In this document: positions 1 to 10,511 of the stretch, in pieces
How positions within the stretch are numbered: position 1 is the first letter of the stretch
How the letters are laid out: every line of letters starts with the position of its first letter
DNA from: an archaeon HR01
Lineage (GTDB): Archaea; Thermoproteota; Nitrososphaeria_A; Caldarchaeales; Caldarchaeaceae
DNA: 64,000 nt
Assembly (NCBI GenBank): GCA_002898355.1
Contig: BEHD01000010.1
Span: 2,637 to 66,636, forward strand
Direction: 5' to 3'
Translations under genes and position numbers: made by a program
The notes under the pieces: generated by a model
The model's input: only the letters and a program-made list of their open reading frames with translations
Told to the model about the DNA's origin: nothing
Databases searched by the model: none

Positions 1-2
1 CG

Positions 3-398
3 GCGTTAGCAGGAGCCATCTTCTGGGCTGCATATCTCACATCCGGCGTCGGGGTCAGGGCCAGAGTACACCCCATAGCTGCCACACCATCACTATACAT
101 GGTCTCCGCCCTTGTTCTAGCGTTGTCCGGCCTGCTGGTGGGTGGCGGCCTCATCCTACCCCAAACCAATGAGATACCACCCATCATCGCGTTAGTGTTC
201 CTCCCAACAGTCATGGGGCATACACTCCAGTTCTCATCCCTCAAAGGCCTCAAACCATATGAGACCTCTACGCTGGCCCTTCTAGAGCCTGTAGCAGCCT
301 CAGCGCTGGCCCTAATCGTTTTCGGAGAGGCTCCAGCACCAATCCTCTATCTAAGCGCAGCAGTCGTGATATTCGGAATCTATCTAGTAGTTAGATGA
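3..398 (+). CDS. EamA/DMT family transporter, C-terminal part (truncated by window start)
   Basis: Frame open from position 3; hydrophobic helices; GHTLQF...LALLEPVAASALALIVFGE is a typical EamA C-terminal signature. Confidence 0.8.
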   Translation, partial: ALAGAIFWAAYLTSGVGVRARVHPIAATPSLYMVSALVLALSGLLVGGGLILPQTNEIPPIIALVFLPTVMGHTLQFSSLKGLKPYETSTLALLEPVAASALALIVFGEAPAPILYLSAAVVIFGIYLVVR

Positions 399-1333
399 TC
401 GGCAAGGACTTTTACGACGGCGGCGTCCTGTACGGCAAGCCCTACGCTCTTGAAGATTGTTATCTCTTCCACGCCTGTTCTTCCCGGCTTTAGGCCAGCC
501 GCCAGCTCGCCCAGTTCGGCGTAGATTTTTTCCTTCGCCATAAGCCCTTTTCTGATGGCTTGTATGATGTCCCCCGCCTCCTCGAGGGCGGCCTCCCTCG
601 AATCCACCACCAGCTTCGAGGATGCCACAAGCTCTGGGTCCAGCTCAGCCATGTCAGGTGTATAGGCTCCTATTGCTGATATATGGGTTCCAGGCTTGAC
701 CCATCCCTTCAAGACTACAGGGGTCCTCGAGGTTGTGGCCGTTACAACTATGTCTGAGCCATGAACCAGCTTCTCAGGCTCCCGGACAGGCTTTACCGGT
801 AACCCGGTCTCCCCTCCCATCTCTCTGGCAAACTTTTCCATCCTCTCCCCATCAATGTCATAGACCATGACCTCCTCCAGCTTGGCAACCTTGGAGAGAG
901 CTCTCAGCTGCCATCCAGCCTGATATCCGCAGCCTATCAGCCCAAGGACTTGAGAATCCTTACGTCCAAGATATTTGAAGGAGACGGCGGTGGCGGCCCC
1001 GGTCCTCATCCCCGTCAGCGCTCTGGCTGAAGCAACAAACATTATGCTGCCATTTGATGGGTTGACCGCCACCACCGACGCCTGTATTGTGGGAAGTCCT
1101 CTAGCCATGTTTTCAGGATAGACAGTAACTATCTTTGTACTGAAGACATTCATGGCTGGCATGTAACATGGCATAAGCAGTATATCTCCACGATACTCAC
1201 GTGCCTCGACCCTAGTTCTCAAAGGTGTCACCGTTACTCCTAGGCTGAAATACTTGAAGGCCTCCTCCACAGCACTTATAACTTCCTCCAAGGGTGCATG
1301 TCGAACCACATCCTCATCTGACAGGTATAGCAT
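380..1333 (-). CDS. Ornithine cyclodeaminase / mu-crystallin family (archaeal alanine dehydrogenase-like)
   Basis: LTGMRTGAA, IGCGYQA Rossmann motif, GTHISAIGA, FKSVGLAVQD. Confidence 0.9.
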   Translation of the reverse strand: MLYLSDEDVVRHAPLEEVISAVEEAFKYFSLGVTVTPLRTRVEAREYRGDILLMPCYMPAMNVFSTKIVTVYPENMARGLPTIQASVVAVNPSNGSIMFVASARALTGMRTGAATAVSFKYLGRKDSQVLGLIGCGYQAGWQLRALSKVAKLEEVMVYDIDGERMEKFAREMGGETGLPVKPVREPEKLVHGSDIVVTATTSRTPVVLKGWVKPGTHISAIGAYTPDMAELDPELVASSKLVVDSREAALEEAGDIIQAIRKGLMAKEKIYAELGELAAGLKPGRTGVEEITIFKSVGLAVQDAAVVKVLADHLTTR

Positions 1334-1382
1334 GTCTTGATAGGGCCGGACACATATTTAAACGACTCTAGAAAGGGATGTT

Positions 1383-3638
1383 ATGATGTATTGGATTGGG
1401 TTTCTGCTTATAGCCCTCACTCTTCTCAATATACCCGTCAAGGTGGATGTGCCTTCTCACTCCTTCGCCGACCTTATAGTCGAGCTAGATGAAGGTATGG
1501 TCGGCCGGTTGGAGACTTTAGGCCATGTCCGTATGGTGATGTCTGGGATAGCCACTTTGAGGGTTTCAAGGCATTTAATCGATGACGTGGTCGGTATTGT
1601 CAGGGCTGTCTACTCTCCGAGAAGGTTCACCCCCTCCCTAGAGGTTAGTACAGCAGAGATAGGTTTGCCTGAGATAATGGAGATGAAGGGGTTGAATACA
1701 GCCGGTATTGACGGCTCCAACGTTCTTATAGCCATTATAGACACTGGGGTTGACTACAACCACCCAGCCTTCAAAGACTCTGAAGGCAGGTCTAGGATTC
1801 TTTATATCTGGGATCAGACATTGGAGGGCAAGCCTCCGAAGAGCTTCGACTACGGATACGAATGCTCCCCAGAGGAGATAAACAGCGGTGGATGCCCTGA
1901 AAGGGATGTAAACGGCCATGGAACATTGGTGGCCTCCATAGCAGCCGGCTCCTCCGGTGTTGCGAGGTCGGCCAGCCTTATAGTGGTGAAGGCTGGGGGA
2001 CCGGTGTGTGATGGAAGGTTTTGGAGCTTTGATGAGGCGGGACTGCTGGACGCCCTAGCATACGTGCATGAAAAGGCTGTTGAGCTGGGAATGCGGCTGG
2101 TCATCAATCTTAGTCTGGGCACAGATATAGGTGGACATGACGGTAATAGCCCATTGGAGAAGGTTTTGGATAGCCTTGTGGAGCAGGGTGTTGTTGTAGT
2201 TGTTGCGGCCGGCAACTCAGCCGCAGATGGCAGACATGTCAAGCTCCACACATCGGCTGAGGCTCCTGTGGGTATTCGGTTCAACATCCCCGACCAGACC
2301 AGCGAATACTCCATCTCCCTTGTCACCCAGCCGGACGAGGGGTTAGGTCTTACTCTCGTCTCCCCCGGTGGGGAAAAGCTGGAGATAGGCCTCAACAGGA
2401 CAGAGAACTGGAAAGCATACGAGGTCTCCACCGAATCCTATAAAAGGGGCAGTATCTGGGAGGGCCTGCTAACAGTAACGGGGCCCGTTGAAGGGTTGTG
2501 GCGTCTGGAGGTATCCGAGAACTCTTTGGACAGCCGGCTTCTCCATCTATGGTTGGAGAGCGACACATGCAGCAGTCTTAGGGAGTCATTCACAGCCGGT
2601 GTGGGATATGAGATATCCCAGGAATCAACCGTCTCAATACCGGGGACTGCCTCCAAGGTCATCACCGTGGGTGCATACATGACGAGAAATCGATGGGTTA
2701 CGGAGTCGGGTAGGACGGTGGGGGTGGACGGCGTAGTAGGCTCCCTCGAATACTACAGCGGTCGGGGCCCGACCATCGACGGCCGGGTCAAACCAGATGT
2801 CACAGCTCCCGGCGGCGTCATAATAGGCGCAAAATCCAGAGATATGGGAGGGGTGTCTATAGACCCCAGCGGCCTAGAGAGGCCTGGAAGGGGTACCAGC
2901 ATGGCCACACCCCATGTGGCTGGTGTCGCAGCCCTCATCCTCCAAATAAGCCCGACAACAACAGCCGAGCATGTGGCCTACGTGATACAGAAGACGGCCC
3001 GTCAGGACAATTTCACCGGCTCAATCGGGTCGGCTGGGTCCAACGCATGGGGATGGGGGAAGCTAAACGCCGTCATAGCATATCCTCTTATAATCCAGAT
3101 AACTGGATACACACCATCCACACTAAGCCTATCAGTCAACGGAACCTCAACCCCGTTATCGAGTGGCCGGGCTGAAATCATACTCCTCAAAAATACGTTG
3201 TACGAGCTTAGGCCAGTCTTCACAGGAGACGGCGTGGATGTGAGATACAGAGTCGAGCCTGAGAAGTATTACGTGTCATCTGCGGGCGAAGTCATCTTCA
3301 GCGTATCCGCACAGTACCATGTCAACGTATTCGGCGGCGACGGAGAGCTACTATACTCTGGCTGGGTGCCGTCAAAAACCGTACTGGACCTGGAGAACCT
3401 TTCAGGACTTGGGGCAGGCCAGGGTTTTCATCTGGTCCGTAGGAGTGTGGCGGGCTACTACGTTGATGGCTCATTCTTCTTGGAGAGACGGGTGTTGGTG
3501 GACCGGCCGGCAAATATATACATCGTAGTGGCTGAAGACTACACGGGACTACTTCTGGTAGCGGTTATATCTGCAGTAATACCCGTATCTATTTATCTTG
3601 GATGGGTCTACGCCAGATACAGAAGAAATAGATGGTGA
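1383..3638 (+). CDS. Membrane-anchored S8 (subtilisin-like) serine protease
   Basis: Signal peptide; catalytic motifs IIDTG, GHGT, AAGN, GTSMATPHVAG; internal insertion domain; C-terminal TM helix followed by basic tail. Confidence 0.92.
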   Translation: MMYWIGFLLIALTLLNIPVKVDVPSHSFADLIVELDEGMVGRLETLGHVRMVMSGIATLRVSRHLIDDVVGIVRAVYSPRRFTPSLEVSTAEIGLPEIMEMKGLNTAGIDGSNVLIAIIDTGVDYNHPAFKDSEGRSRILYIWDQTLEGKPPKSFDYGYECSPEEINSGGCPERDVNGHGTLVASIAAGSSGVARSASLIVVKAGGPVCDGRFWSFDEAGLLDALAYVHEKAVELGMRLVINLSLGTDIGGHDGNSPLEKVLDSLVEQGVVVVVAAGNSAADGRHVKLHTSAEAPVGIRFNIPDQTSEYSISLVTQPDEGLGLTLVSPGGEKLEIGLNRTENWKAYEVSTESYKRGSIWEGLLTVTGPVEGLWRLEVSENSLDSRLLHLWLESDTCSSLRESFTAGVGYEISQESTVSIPGTASKVITVGAYMTRNRWVTESGRTVGVDGVVGSLEYYSGRGPTIDGRVKPDVTAPGGVIIGAKSRDMGGVSIDPSGLERPGRGTSMATPHVAGVAALILQISPTTTAEHVAYVIQKTARQDNFTGSIGSAGSNAWGWGKLNAVIAYPLIIQITGYTPSTLSLSVNGTSTPLSSGRAEIILLKNTLYELRPVFTGDGVDVRYRVEPEKYYVSSAGEVIFSVSAQYHVNVFGGDGELLYSGWVPSKTVLDLENLSGLGAGQGFHLVRRSVAGYYVDGSFFLERRVLVDRPANIYIVVAEDYTGLLLVAVISAVIPVSIYLGWVYARYRRNRW

Positions 3639-3645
3639 AGGGTGG

Positions 3646-3894
3646 GTGGAGACTAGATATTTTGTGGAGGTTAAGGAGGCGGAGAAGCCGCTGAAATATG
3701 ATGCCGCTGTGGCGGAGACAATCAAGGGGGTTGTTAAGGGGAAGATGCTGGCGAGGATGAAGAGGGAGTATGTTGAATGTCCTCTCGCTTCGGAGAAGGT
3801 CGCTTTCCTCACATGCTTCGTCTGCGTATCCCATATCAGACGTGTCAGAGGAATAGTCCACTGCGCAGGAATCGAGAAAAAGGTTAGAAGTTGA
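3646..3894 (+). CDS. Small Cys-rich hypothetical protein (probable metal binding)
   Basis: GTG at 3646 preceded by GGTGA RBS; CPL...CFVC...HC; coupled to neighbours (ORF track start 3598 overlaps the protease). Confidence 0.7.
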   Translation: METRYFVEVKEAEKPLKYDAAVAETIKGVVKGKMLARMKREYVECPLASEKVAFLTCFVCVSHIRRVRGIVHCAGIEKKVRS

Positions 3895-4157
3895 AATCTC
3901 CATCCCTAGCCTTCGCAGGGGTTGTCACATCTGTATTCGGACTATTCATAATAATAACCGGCCTACCCTTCGGCATAGCCTTCCTCATGGCGGGAATAAT
4001 CATGTTTGTCCTAGCCTATATTCTACCCCCTCCCCAGCCTCCAACGCCCGATGACCCTGGAAAGAAACTCTGCTGGTTCTGCTATAGGGAAATACCCGCA
4101 GACTCTAAGACCTGCCCTTACTGCAGGCTCCGACAGGATTCAATCCGTGACAACTAG
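3891..4157 (+). CDS. Two-TM membrane protein with C-terminal zinc ribbon
   Basis: Two hydrophobic helices, Pro-rich linker, CWFC...CPYC; TTGA start/stop overlap with upstream gene. Confidence 0.75.
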   Translation: MKSPSLAFAGVVTSVFGLFIIITGLPFGIAFLMAGIIMFVLAYILPPPQPPTPDDPGKKLCWFCYREIPADSKTCPYCRLRQDSIRDN

Positions 4158-5945
4158 GCGTAACCTCCTTCCAGAATATAGTGCGTTGATGATAGCTCTC
4201 CCATTCTCCGACCTCTTGCTCACCTTGATGACACCTCTCTTCCCTACCGTAGCTGAAAAAAGGTACTGCCCATCCACGTAAACATTCAGCCTCCCTCTAG
4301 CCACATCATCCTTAAGGACAAGATTGACTGTGTTCCCACTCTCCGTAATCTCGAAATCTATCTCCCTACCCAGGGTTGGGATTTTAGGTTCCACCTCTAA
4401 AGAGACGCCCAGCTCCTTCTCCAATCTAGCCACGTTTTCTCCGTGTCTCCCTATCAGCCTTGGAACCACATCCTTATCCACCCTCACAACCACCCGGCCG
4501 CCCCCTTTCATCTCAACCTCAGCTGCAGGGTCGTATTCATGTACCGCAGTTCTAACCGACTCCAGTATCTTCGCCCTGTTCTTCTCAGCTTCAGCAGAGA
4601 TCTTTCCCACAGGTATCACAACATTCTCCTCACCGTATGTGTAGATTTCATACTCCAGTTCTCCGGTCTCGAAGTCTCTCACCTCCACTAAAGGCCTTGA
4701 TAGGTCCTGCTCAACCATTCCAGTAGGTACTCTAACAACCAGGGATATCTCATAGACCTTGGCTATCCGACCGTCCTTTAGAAAGATTACGGTATCGATA
4801 ATATGAGGTATCATGCCAAGCTCAACCCTTCCTATAAACCTCTGAATGGCGCCTACAGCATCACTAGCATGTACAACACCGATCATGCCGACACCGGCCA
4901 GCCTCATATCTGCGAAGATGCGGAAATCTTTCTCCCGCCTCACCTCATCAAATACGGTGTAGTCGGGCCTTACCAGCAGTAGTATCTCCGCCGTCTTCTC
5001 AAAATCTCCTTCAAGCGGGCCATACTGAGTTATCTCTGGACCGACCTGCAGGTCTCTAGGGGATTCCAGCGTCTTTACTACCCGGCCCTGCCTGCTGTAG
5101 AACTCGGCCAGACTCGCTGCGAACGTGGATTTACCGCTTCCCGGTGGCCCGGCTATAAGTATACCCTCAGCCCTGTTAGCAAGCCTCTCCATCAGCCTTC
5201 TGGACAGCCTGTAGTCTTCAAGCCTAAGCCTTACTATAGGACGGACAACAGTAACCTCCAACCCATCTGAGAAGGGAGGCCTCGCCACGGCTATCCTGAA
5301 GCTTCCTATCTGGACCACCATGGCACCGCTCCTCATAATCTCCACCACGCCTTCAGGCGATAGGCGGGCGTGCTCCGTTATCTCACGAATAACCTTGTTG
5401 AGGTCTTCAGCCGTCAACGGTTCGTCGGAAATCTTCACAAGCTCAAACCTTCCCGGAGAACCTCTCTTAGCATATATCGGCGCCCCCTCCTTGAGATGAA
5501 GGCTTAGGGTGTCGGGCGTGAAGTATTTCTCGAAGGACATCTCCCTCTCCAGCTCGTCAGGCGGGAAGTATCTGACCGATATGCCCTCGGTCTCCGCCAC
5601 CAAGGCCTGGACAAAGTCGCATGTGTAGAGGGATGCGTTCTCTTTTTTGGCAACCTCCCTGATAAGGGCGTCTATACGCCCGCTTCTAGCCAGTTTAATA
5701 TCTTCTAGGCTCGGCCTCTCCCCGGCAAACCTTATGACAATACCCCGGGGACCAGCCATCTCCCTCAGCTTCTTCAGCTCATTAAGACCGATGAAGCCCG
5801 GCTCTCTTTTCTTGGAAGCCTGGGCCTGCAGCTCATCGATTACAGCCACCGGAATCACTATCTCAGCATCCTTCAGCTCGCCAGCCTCAGCCATCTGCGT
5901 TATCTTCCCATTTATGATGGCGCTGGTGTCTGGAACTATCCTCAA
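4140..5945 (-). CDS. PIN-domain ATPase with KH domain (PINA / VapC-ATPase)
   Basis: N-terminal PIN (VPDTSAI), Walker A GPPGSGKST, Walker B VFDEVR, KH-like IGRHGENV; likely TTG start at 5945 (track start 5981). Confidence 0.92.
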   Translation of the reverse strand: MRIVPDTSAIINGKITQMAEAGELKDAEIVIPVAVIDELQAQASKKREPGFIGLNELKKLREMAGPRGIVIRFAGERPSLEDIKLARSGRIDALIREVAKKENASLYTCDFVQALVAETEGISVRYFPPDELEREMSFEKYFTPDTLSLHLKEGAPIYAKRGSPGRFELVKISDEPLTAEDLNKVIREITEHARLSPEGVVEIMRSGAMVVQIGSFRIAVARPPFSDGLEVTVVRPIVRLRLEDYRLSRRLMERLANRAEGILIAGPPGSGKSTFAASLAEFYSRQGRVVKTLESPRDLQVGPEITQYGPLEGDFEKTAEILLLVRPDYTVFDEVRREKDFRIFADMRLAGVGMIGVVHASDAVGAIQRFIGRVELGMIPHIIDTVIFLKDGRIAKVYEISLVVRVPTGMVEQDLSRPLVEVRDFETGELEYEIYTYGEENVVIPVGKISAEAEKNRAKILESVRTAVHEYDPAAEVEMKGGGRVVVRVDKDVVPRLIGRHGENVARLEKELGVSLEVEPKIPTLGREIDFEITESGNTVNLVLKDDVARGRLNVYVDGQYLFSATVGKRGVIKVSKRSENGRAIINALYSGRRLRLVVTD

Positions 5946-5982
5946 TCCGTAAAATCCTACTATTAGGGGATTAAAAAACATC

Positions 5983-8502
5983 TCATATTCTTGGAAGCCT
6001 CTCCCGTCTGGCAGAGACCTTTTTTACAGTCTTCCTCACGGCTAGAACAGACACCGTTACTACTAACAGAAGCATCAAGGGCAGGGCCAAAAGCCAGAAA
6101 TCGTTCAGGGAGATCATAACACCTGGGCCCAAGTAGAAGGCGTAGGGGATGACTACCGTGACCTCCCTATCATCCGCTATAAGCTCCACCTGATTCTCTA
6201 CCTGTTTGGGTCCATAGGTCACTAGTAATCTGTAACCTCCCTGTGGGATGGAGGTAAAGGTGGCTGACGGCCCCACTCCTCTAGAGATAGCCCTATCACC
6301 CTTCAGAAGGACTATATCTGCAGGAACCGGCTCCCCCATCTGGTTAACAACCCTCACCTTCAACGAGAAGATATGCAGGGTCAGAGACGCTGTCTCCCCC
6401 GCCTTCACCTTCCCTATACCATACTCGGCCCCGTATAATAAGACCTTATACGTGTATTCCCTAGCAGGGGCCTGACCGAATAACGCAACACCCTGCTCAG
6501 ATGTCTTGGATGAGCCTATACCCTCTACCACCACCTCAACAGCCTCAAGTGGTGAACCATACTGGTCCACAACCTTCACCGCTGGCCTTCCAACACCGAC
6601 AATTATCTCCGCCTCCTCTGATGCCACCTCTAAATCCGCATCATACACCCTCTCCCCCGCAACCTCCACCACAAGCCTGTAGAGCCCGCCGGGAACCGCG
6701 TTGAAGACCGCTAAACCCTCCGAGGTATTTGATTCCAGAGATCTGCCGTCAGAGTAGATGAGCACGTGCCCATTTATCAGGGGTTCGCCGTCCAGCGTTT
6801 TTAGATGGAGCCTGAATGGGTGGATGGATGTTAAGAGCTGGCTGTCACCAGGTAGCTGGATTCGCTCGTCGAAGACGGTTTTCCCTAGATACTCGGCTAC
6901 GATATGGTAGATGGCCCGGGGGATTGCCTCAAGCTTCACCACACCGTCCACGGGCTGGAATGCTCTTCCGTTAACCGAGACAGCCTCCACGGGCGCCGTC
7001 CTATTGGAGCGGTCTATAAACCGCAGTTCAACATCGTGTATCCCGAGTCTCAGCTCATGCTCTCCGTGGTCTTCGGGAATGTTGAATGTGTATCGGCCCA
7101 CCTCGTAAGTGGCTCCGTCAAGCCAGCTCCGGTATTGGGCGGTGATGGTGTAGGCTCCCCGTGGCAGCTGTATGAATGATACCTGTCTGGACGCATCTGT
7201 CTTGATGTCTAAAGGTTGGATGGATAGGGAGACGTTGGCTCTGAGACTTCTCCCTTCCACATCTTTTAATGATAGTATTAGATCGCCCACCTCCGCCCTA
7301 GCCTGTAAATATCCGCCGGGGTCGGTCTTGACGAATGGCTCATCAACCAGGATACTGCCGTTAAAAACCTCAACCCCCCTCCATAAAATCTTCACAGGGT
7401 AGACCCCTCTTGGCACGTTTTTGAACCGGGCCACACCATCCATGGATTGTGTGGACACCCATCCGAGAGATACAGCAGCGTCAAGCCTCCGGCCGGCCAG
7501 GTCTATAACCTCCACATATGCATCGTAGACGCTAGTCCTTATCATCCCGTTCTTGGCCAGGTCGGAGAGCAGTGGAGTGAATAGCTTTACGGTGTATGTC
7601 TCGCCATCGTAGGGTGAGGTGTAGTAGACCCATACCCTGTAGACTCCGTCCTGTAACCTCTCTATATCTACAAATCCATTACTATCGCCATATAGGACAT
7701 GCCTAGACCATGCTCCGGCCAACGTATTCTCCATTACAAGTGTGATGTTGGGGACGGGGTTTGTGCCGAGGAAATCCATGACTCTAAGCCTGAATGTTCT
7801 ATATGGCCTTATCTCTACATAGCCTAGGGAAACTGGAGCGGTTAGCGGGCCAATACTTCTACCATCATCATAGGTGAACACGGCCCCTACTCTAAGCTCG
7901 GCTGATAGCCTGCCCACAGGTGCGTCCTGTGGAGGGTTGATGGTTATGTTGAACAATCTCTCCTCGGACCTTCCTAGAGTCTCAGGCTCCTGATACTGTG
8001 TTATGGCAATGGGCCTGCTGTAACCGCTGACCCAAATCTCAAATGAGCTGATTCTAAAGTATCCAGGCTCAAGGTTTTTCATCCTTATAATGGCCCATCC
8101 CGAGCCCCCAGCATGTATGTCACCCTGCCACATGGTTACATCGGCGGCCAGATGCCAGGAGCCGATTATCTCTCTCCGGAGGCAGACTGTGAAGACTGTG
8201 TCTATACTGAATCTTCTCTCTCCGTATGCTATGGAATAGCCTGTCAAAGTTACGTAATAGCTGTAATACCAGGCGTAGATGTCTAAGATGGCGTAGCCTG
8301 TGGCGTTGGTCGTTCCCGAGACAGAGTGTCCCGGATTCTCCAACGTCACCGAGGCGCCCTGTAGGGCCTCGTCTGTAGCGCAGTCGACAACCCTTACGTA
8401 TGAGGTCCCATAGGCGGTTCCGCTGGGCGGAGGCTCCAACCCATAAGCGGACCCAATAACCATCACCACAAGAAACAGCATAAGTATCTGAACCCTTATC
8501 AT
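5983..8502 (-). CDS. Large cell-surface protein with carboxypeptidase-regulatory-like (beta-sandwich) repeats
   Basis: Signal peptide; repeated V-x-D-x-x-G-x-P...G-x-A-x-F-x-x-[LV]-P-x-G-x-Y units; C-terminal TM and basic tail ending LPRI. Confidence 0.8.
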   Translation of the reverse strand: MIRVQILMLFLVVMVIGSAYGLEPPPSGTAYGTSYVRVVDCATDEALQGASVTLENPGHSVSGTTNATGYAILDIYAWYYSYYVTLTGYSIAYGERRFSIDTVFTVCLRREIIGSWHLAADVTMWQGDIHAGGSGWAIIRMKNLEPGYFRISSFEIWVSGYSRPIAITQYQEPETLGRSEERLFNITINPPQDAPVGRLSAELRVGAVFTYDDGRSIGPLTAPVSLGYVEIRPYRTFRLRVMDFLGTNPVPNITLVMENTLAGAWSRHVLYGDSNGFVDIERLQDGVYRVWVYYTSPYDGETYTVKLFTPLLSDLAKNGMIRTSVYDAYVEVIDLAGRRLDAAVSLGWVSTQSMDGVARFKNVPRGVYPVKILWRGVEVFNGSILVDEPFVKTDPGGYLQARAEVGDLILSLKDVEGRSLRANVSLSIQPLDIKTDASRQVSFIQLPRGAYTITAQYRSWLDGATYEVGRYTFNIPEDHGEHELRLGIHDVELRFIDRSNRTAPVEAVSVNGRAFQPVDGVVKLEAIPRAIYHIVAEYLGKTVFDERIQLPGDSQLLTSIHPFRLHLKTLDGEPLINGHVLIYSDGRSLESNTSEGLAVFNAVPGGLYRLVVEVAGERVYDADLEVASEEAEIIVGVGRPAVKVVDQYGSPLEAVEVVVEGIGSSKTSEQGVALFGQAPAREYTYKVLLYGAEYGIGKVKAGETASLTLHIFSLKVRVVNQMGEPVPADIVLLKGDRAISRGVGPSATFTSIPQGGYRLLVTYGPKQVENQVELIADDREVTVVIPYAFYLGPGVMISLNDFWLLALPLMLLLVVTVSVLAVRKTVKKVSARRERLPRI

Positions 8503-8591
8503 CGTCTACACACTATATATTTAGAAAAATATAACCACATCCACACTCAAAACCTGGGGAATAGCCAGATCATACTACAGGCTTTCACTAG

Positions 8592-9263
8592 CTACTCCCC
8601 GTGTAGGATGCGGAGCAGCTCCAGAGGCCACGAGATTATGGTTTTGCATCCGGCCTGTTCAAACGTTTGACGGTCGTGGATGCCGCCCTCTACAGCTATG
8701 AAAGAGGCCCCAGCCTCCCGGGCTGCCTGGAAATCGTGTACGCTATCCCCCACATATAAGATGTCTTCAGGCCTGGCAGCCATCCTCTCAGCGACCTTCA
8801 ACAGCAAATCCCCCCTGGGCTTTAGATTACTAACGTCATCTCTGGAGACGATGGCGTCTATCTTATCCAAGAGCCCAGACCTCTCCAGAGCCAGCACCGC
8901 AGCATCCCTGTGGGTGTTGGTGGCCACTGCTACACGGAATCCGGCATTCTTCAGACTATTGACGAGCTCCACAACCCCCTCCCTCGGCTTGCTTAGCCGG
9001 GCGGCCCTCATCTCATACTCCTTCATAATTGACAGGACCTTCTCCCTCAGTAGATGGGCTCTCCCATCTCCGATAACGTCTCTAGCTTTTTGGAGAAGTG
9101 ACTGGATTGATTCCTTAACCGAGATCTGGTCCTCCGGCATGCCCATCTCAACCATCGCCTCAACAACCCTCTTCTTGGCCTCGGTAAGCTCCAGTCGGAA
9201 CTCTATTATCGTTCCGTCGAGGTCTAATACGATGATTGACGGCCTGGTATATCCGCCCAACAC
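8592..9263 (-). CDS. HAD-superfamily hydrolase (phosphoglycolate phosphatase-like)
   Basis: DLDGT motif I, ATN motif II, KP motif III, VGDSVHD motif IV. Confidence 0.88.
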   Translation of the reverse strand: MLGGYTRPSIIVLDLDGTIIEFRLELTEAKKRVVEAMVEMGMPEDQISVKESIQSLLQKARDVIGDGRAHLLREKVLSIMKEYEMRAARLSKPREGVVELVNSLKNAGFRVAVATNTHRDAAVLALERSGLLDKIDAIVSRDDVSNLKPRGDLLLKVAERMAARPEDILYVGDSVHDFQAAREAGASFIAVEGGIHDRQTFEQAGCKTIISWPLELLRILHGE

Positions 9264-9308
9264 CTCTCAACTATCTATAAAAACTCCGTAATCAACTTAT
9301 ATCCGGAT

Positions 9309-10499
9309 ATGGGTACAGCAGCCGTAGTGGGAGTAGGCCACACACAGTTCGGCCAGCGCTCAGATATGACACTGGCGGAGCTGGCATGGCATGCCATAAA
9401 GGAGGCGTTACAAGACGCTGGAATTACCCAGAGGGACGTAGACTACGTGGTCACATCAAATGTTGGGGGCTGGAGCTCTGAGCCGCTACCAGCTATATTG
9501 GTCAACGAATACTCCGGTCTCGGAGATGTTGGAGTCATGAGGGTTGAGGCTGCATGCGCCTCAGGGAGCGCGGCAATAAGAGCGGCATATAATGCAGTTG
9601 CTTCTCGTGAGGCTGAGATAGCTCTTGCAGTCGGTGTTGAGAAGATGACGGAGTCGCCAACCCTGCAGGCTGTAGAGCTCCTGGGAAGGGCTGGAAACTT
9701 CTTCTGGGAGTTTGAGCAGTTTGGACTCACATTTCCAGCATACTACGCTCTCTACGCAACAGCCTACATCAACCAGTACGGTGCCAAGGAAGAAGACCTA
9801 GCTGCTGTGGCGGTGAAAAACCATTTCTACGGCTCACTCAACAGCCTCGCCCACTTCCAGAAAAAAATATCTATAGAGGATGTGATGTCATCCAGATATA
9901 TTGCCTGGCCCCTAAAACTTTACGACTGCAGCCCCATAACAGATGGCGCGGCAGCCGTTGTTATAGCGTCGGAGGATATGGCTAGGAAACTTACCGACAC
10001 GCCTGTATGGATAAGGGGCATCGGAGTTGCATCCGACACCTCCAACCTCAGCAGACGGCAAAATTTTCTGGGACTGGCCTCGACTGTGAAGGCTGCGGAT
10101 GAGGCGTATAGGAAAGCTGGTATAGACAAAACCGAGGCGGTTAGACGGCTGGATTTGGCTGAAGTTCATGACTGTTTCACTATAGCCGAGATACTTGCCT
10201 ACGAAGACCTAGGTTTTGTAGGTAGGGGGGAGGGGTATGCACTGGCCCGCGAGGGTGAGACATACAAGGGCGGTCTGATTCCCGTAAACTTGGACGGAGG
10301 GCTGAAGGCCAAGGGCCACCCCATAGGAGCAACAGGGGTCAGCATGGCTGTGGAGGCTGTAAAACAGCTTAGACAGCAGAATGCGAAGGCTCGTCAGGCA
10401 GACATCAAGAATGGGTACGCGCTAACTCACAACGTAGGAGGGACAGGCCACTACGCCTACGTGACGATATACTCTCTAAACCGTCCAACCCAGTCCTAG
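9309..10499 (+). CDS. Thiolase (acetyl-CoA acetyltransferase, SCP-x/archaeal type)
   Basis: EAACASG, DCSPITDGAAA, EVHDCF, KGHPIGATG. Confidence 0.93.
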   Translation: MGTAAVVGVGHTQFGQRSDMTLAELAWHAIKEALQDAGITQRDVDYVVTSNVGGWSSEPLPAILVNEYSGLGDVGVMRVEAACASGSAAIRAAYNAVASREAEIALAVGVEKMTESPTLQAVELLGRAGNFFWEFEQFGLTFPAYYALYATAYINQYGAKEEDLAAVAVKNHFYGSLNSLAHFQKKISIEDVMSSRYIAWPLKLYDCSPITDGAAAVVIASEDMARKLTDTPVWIRGIGVASDTSNLSRRQNFLGLASTVKAADEAYRKAGIDKTEAVRRLDLAEVHDCFTIAEILAYEDLGFVGRGEGYALAREGETYKGGLIPVNLDGGLKAKGHPIGATGVSMAVEAVKQLRQQNAKARQADIKNGYALTHNVGGTGHYAYVTIYSLNRPTQS

Positions 10500-10511
10500 A
10501 GGCGTTAATGT

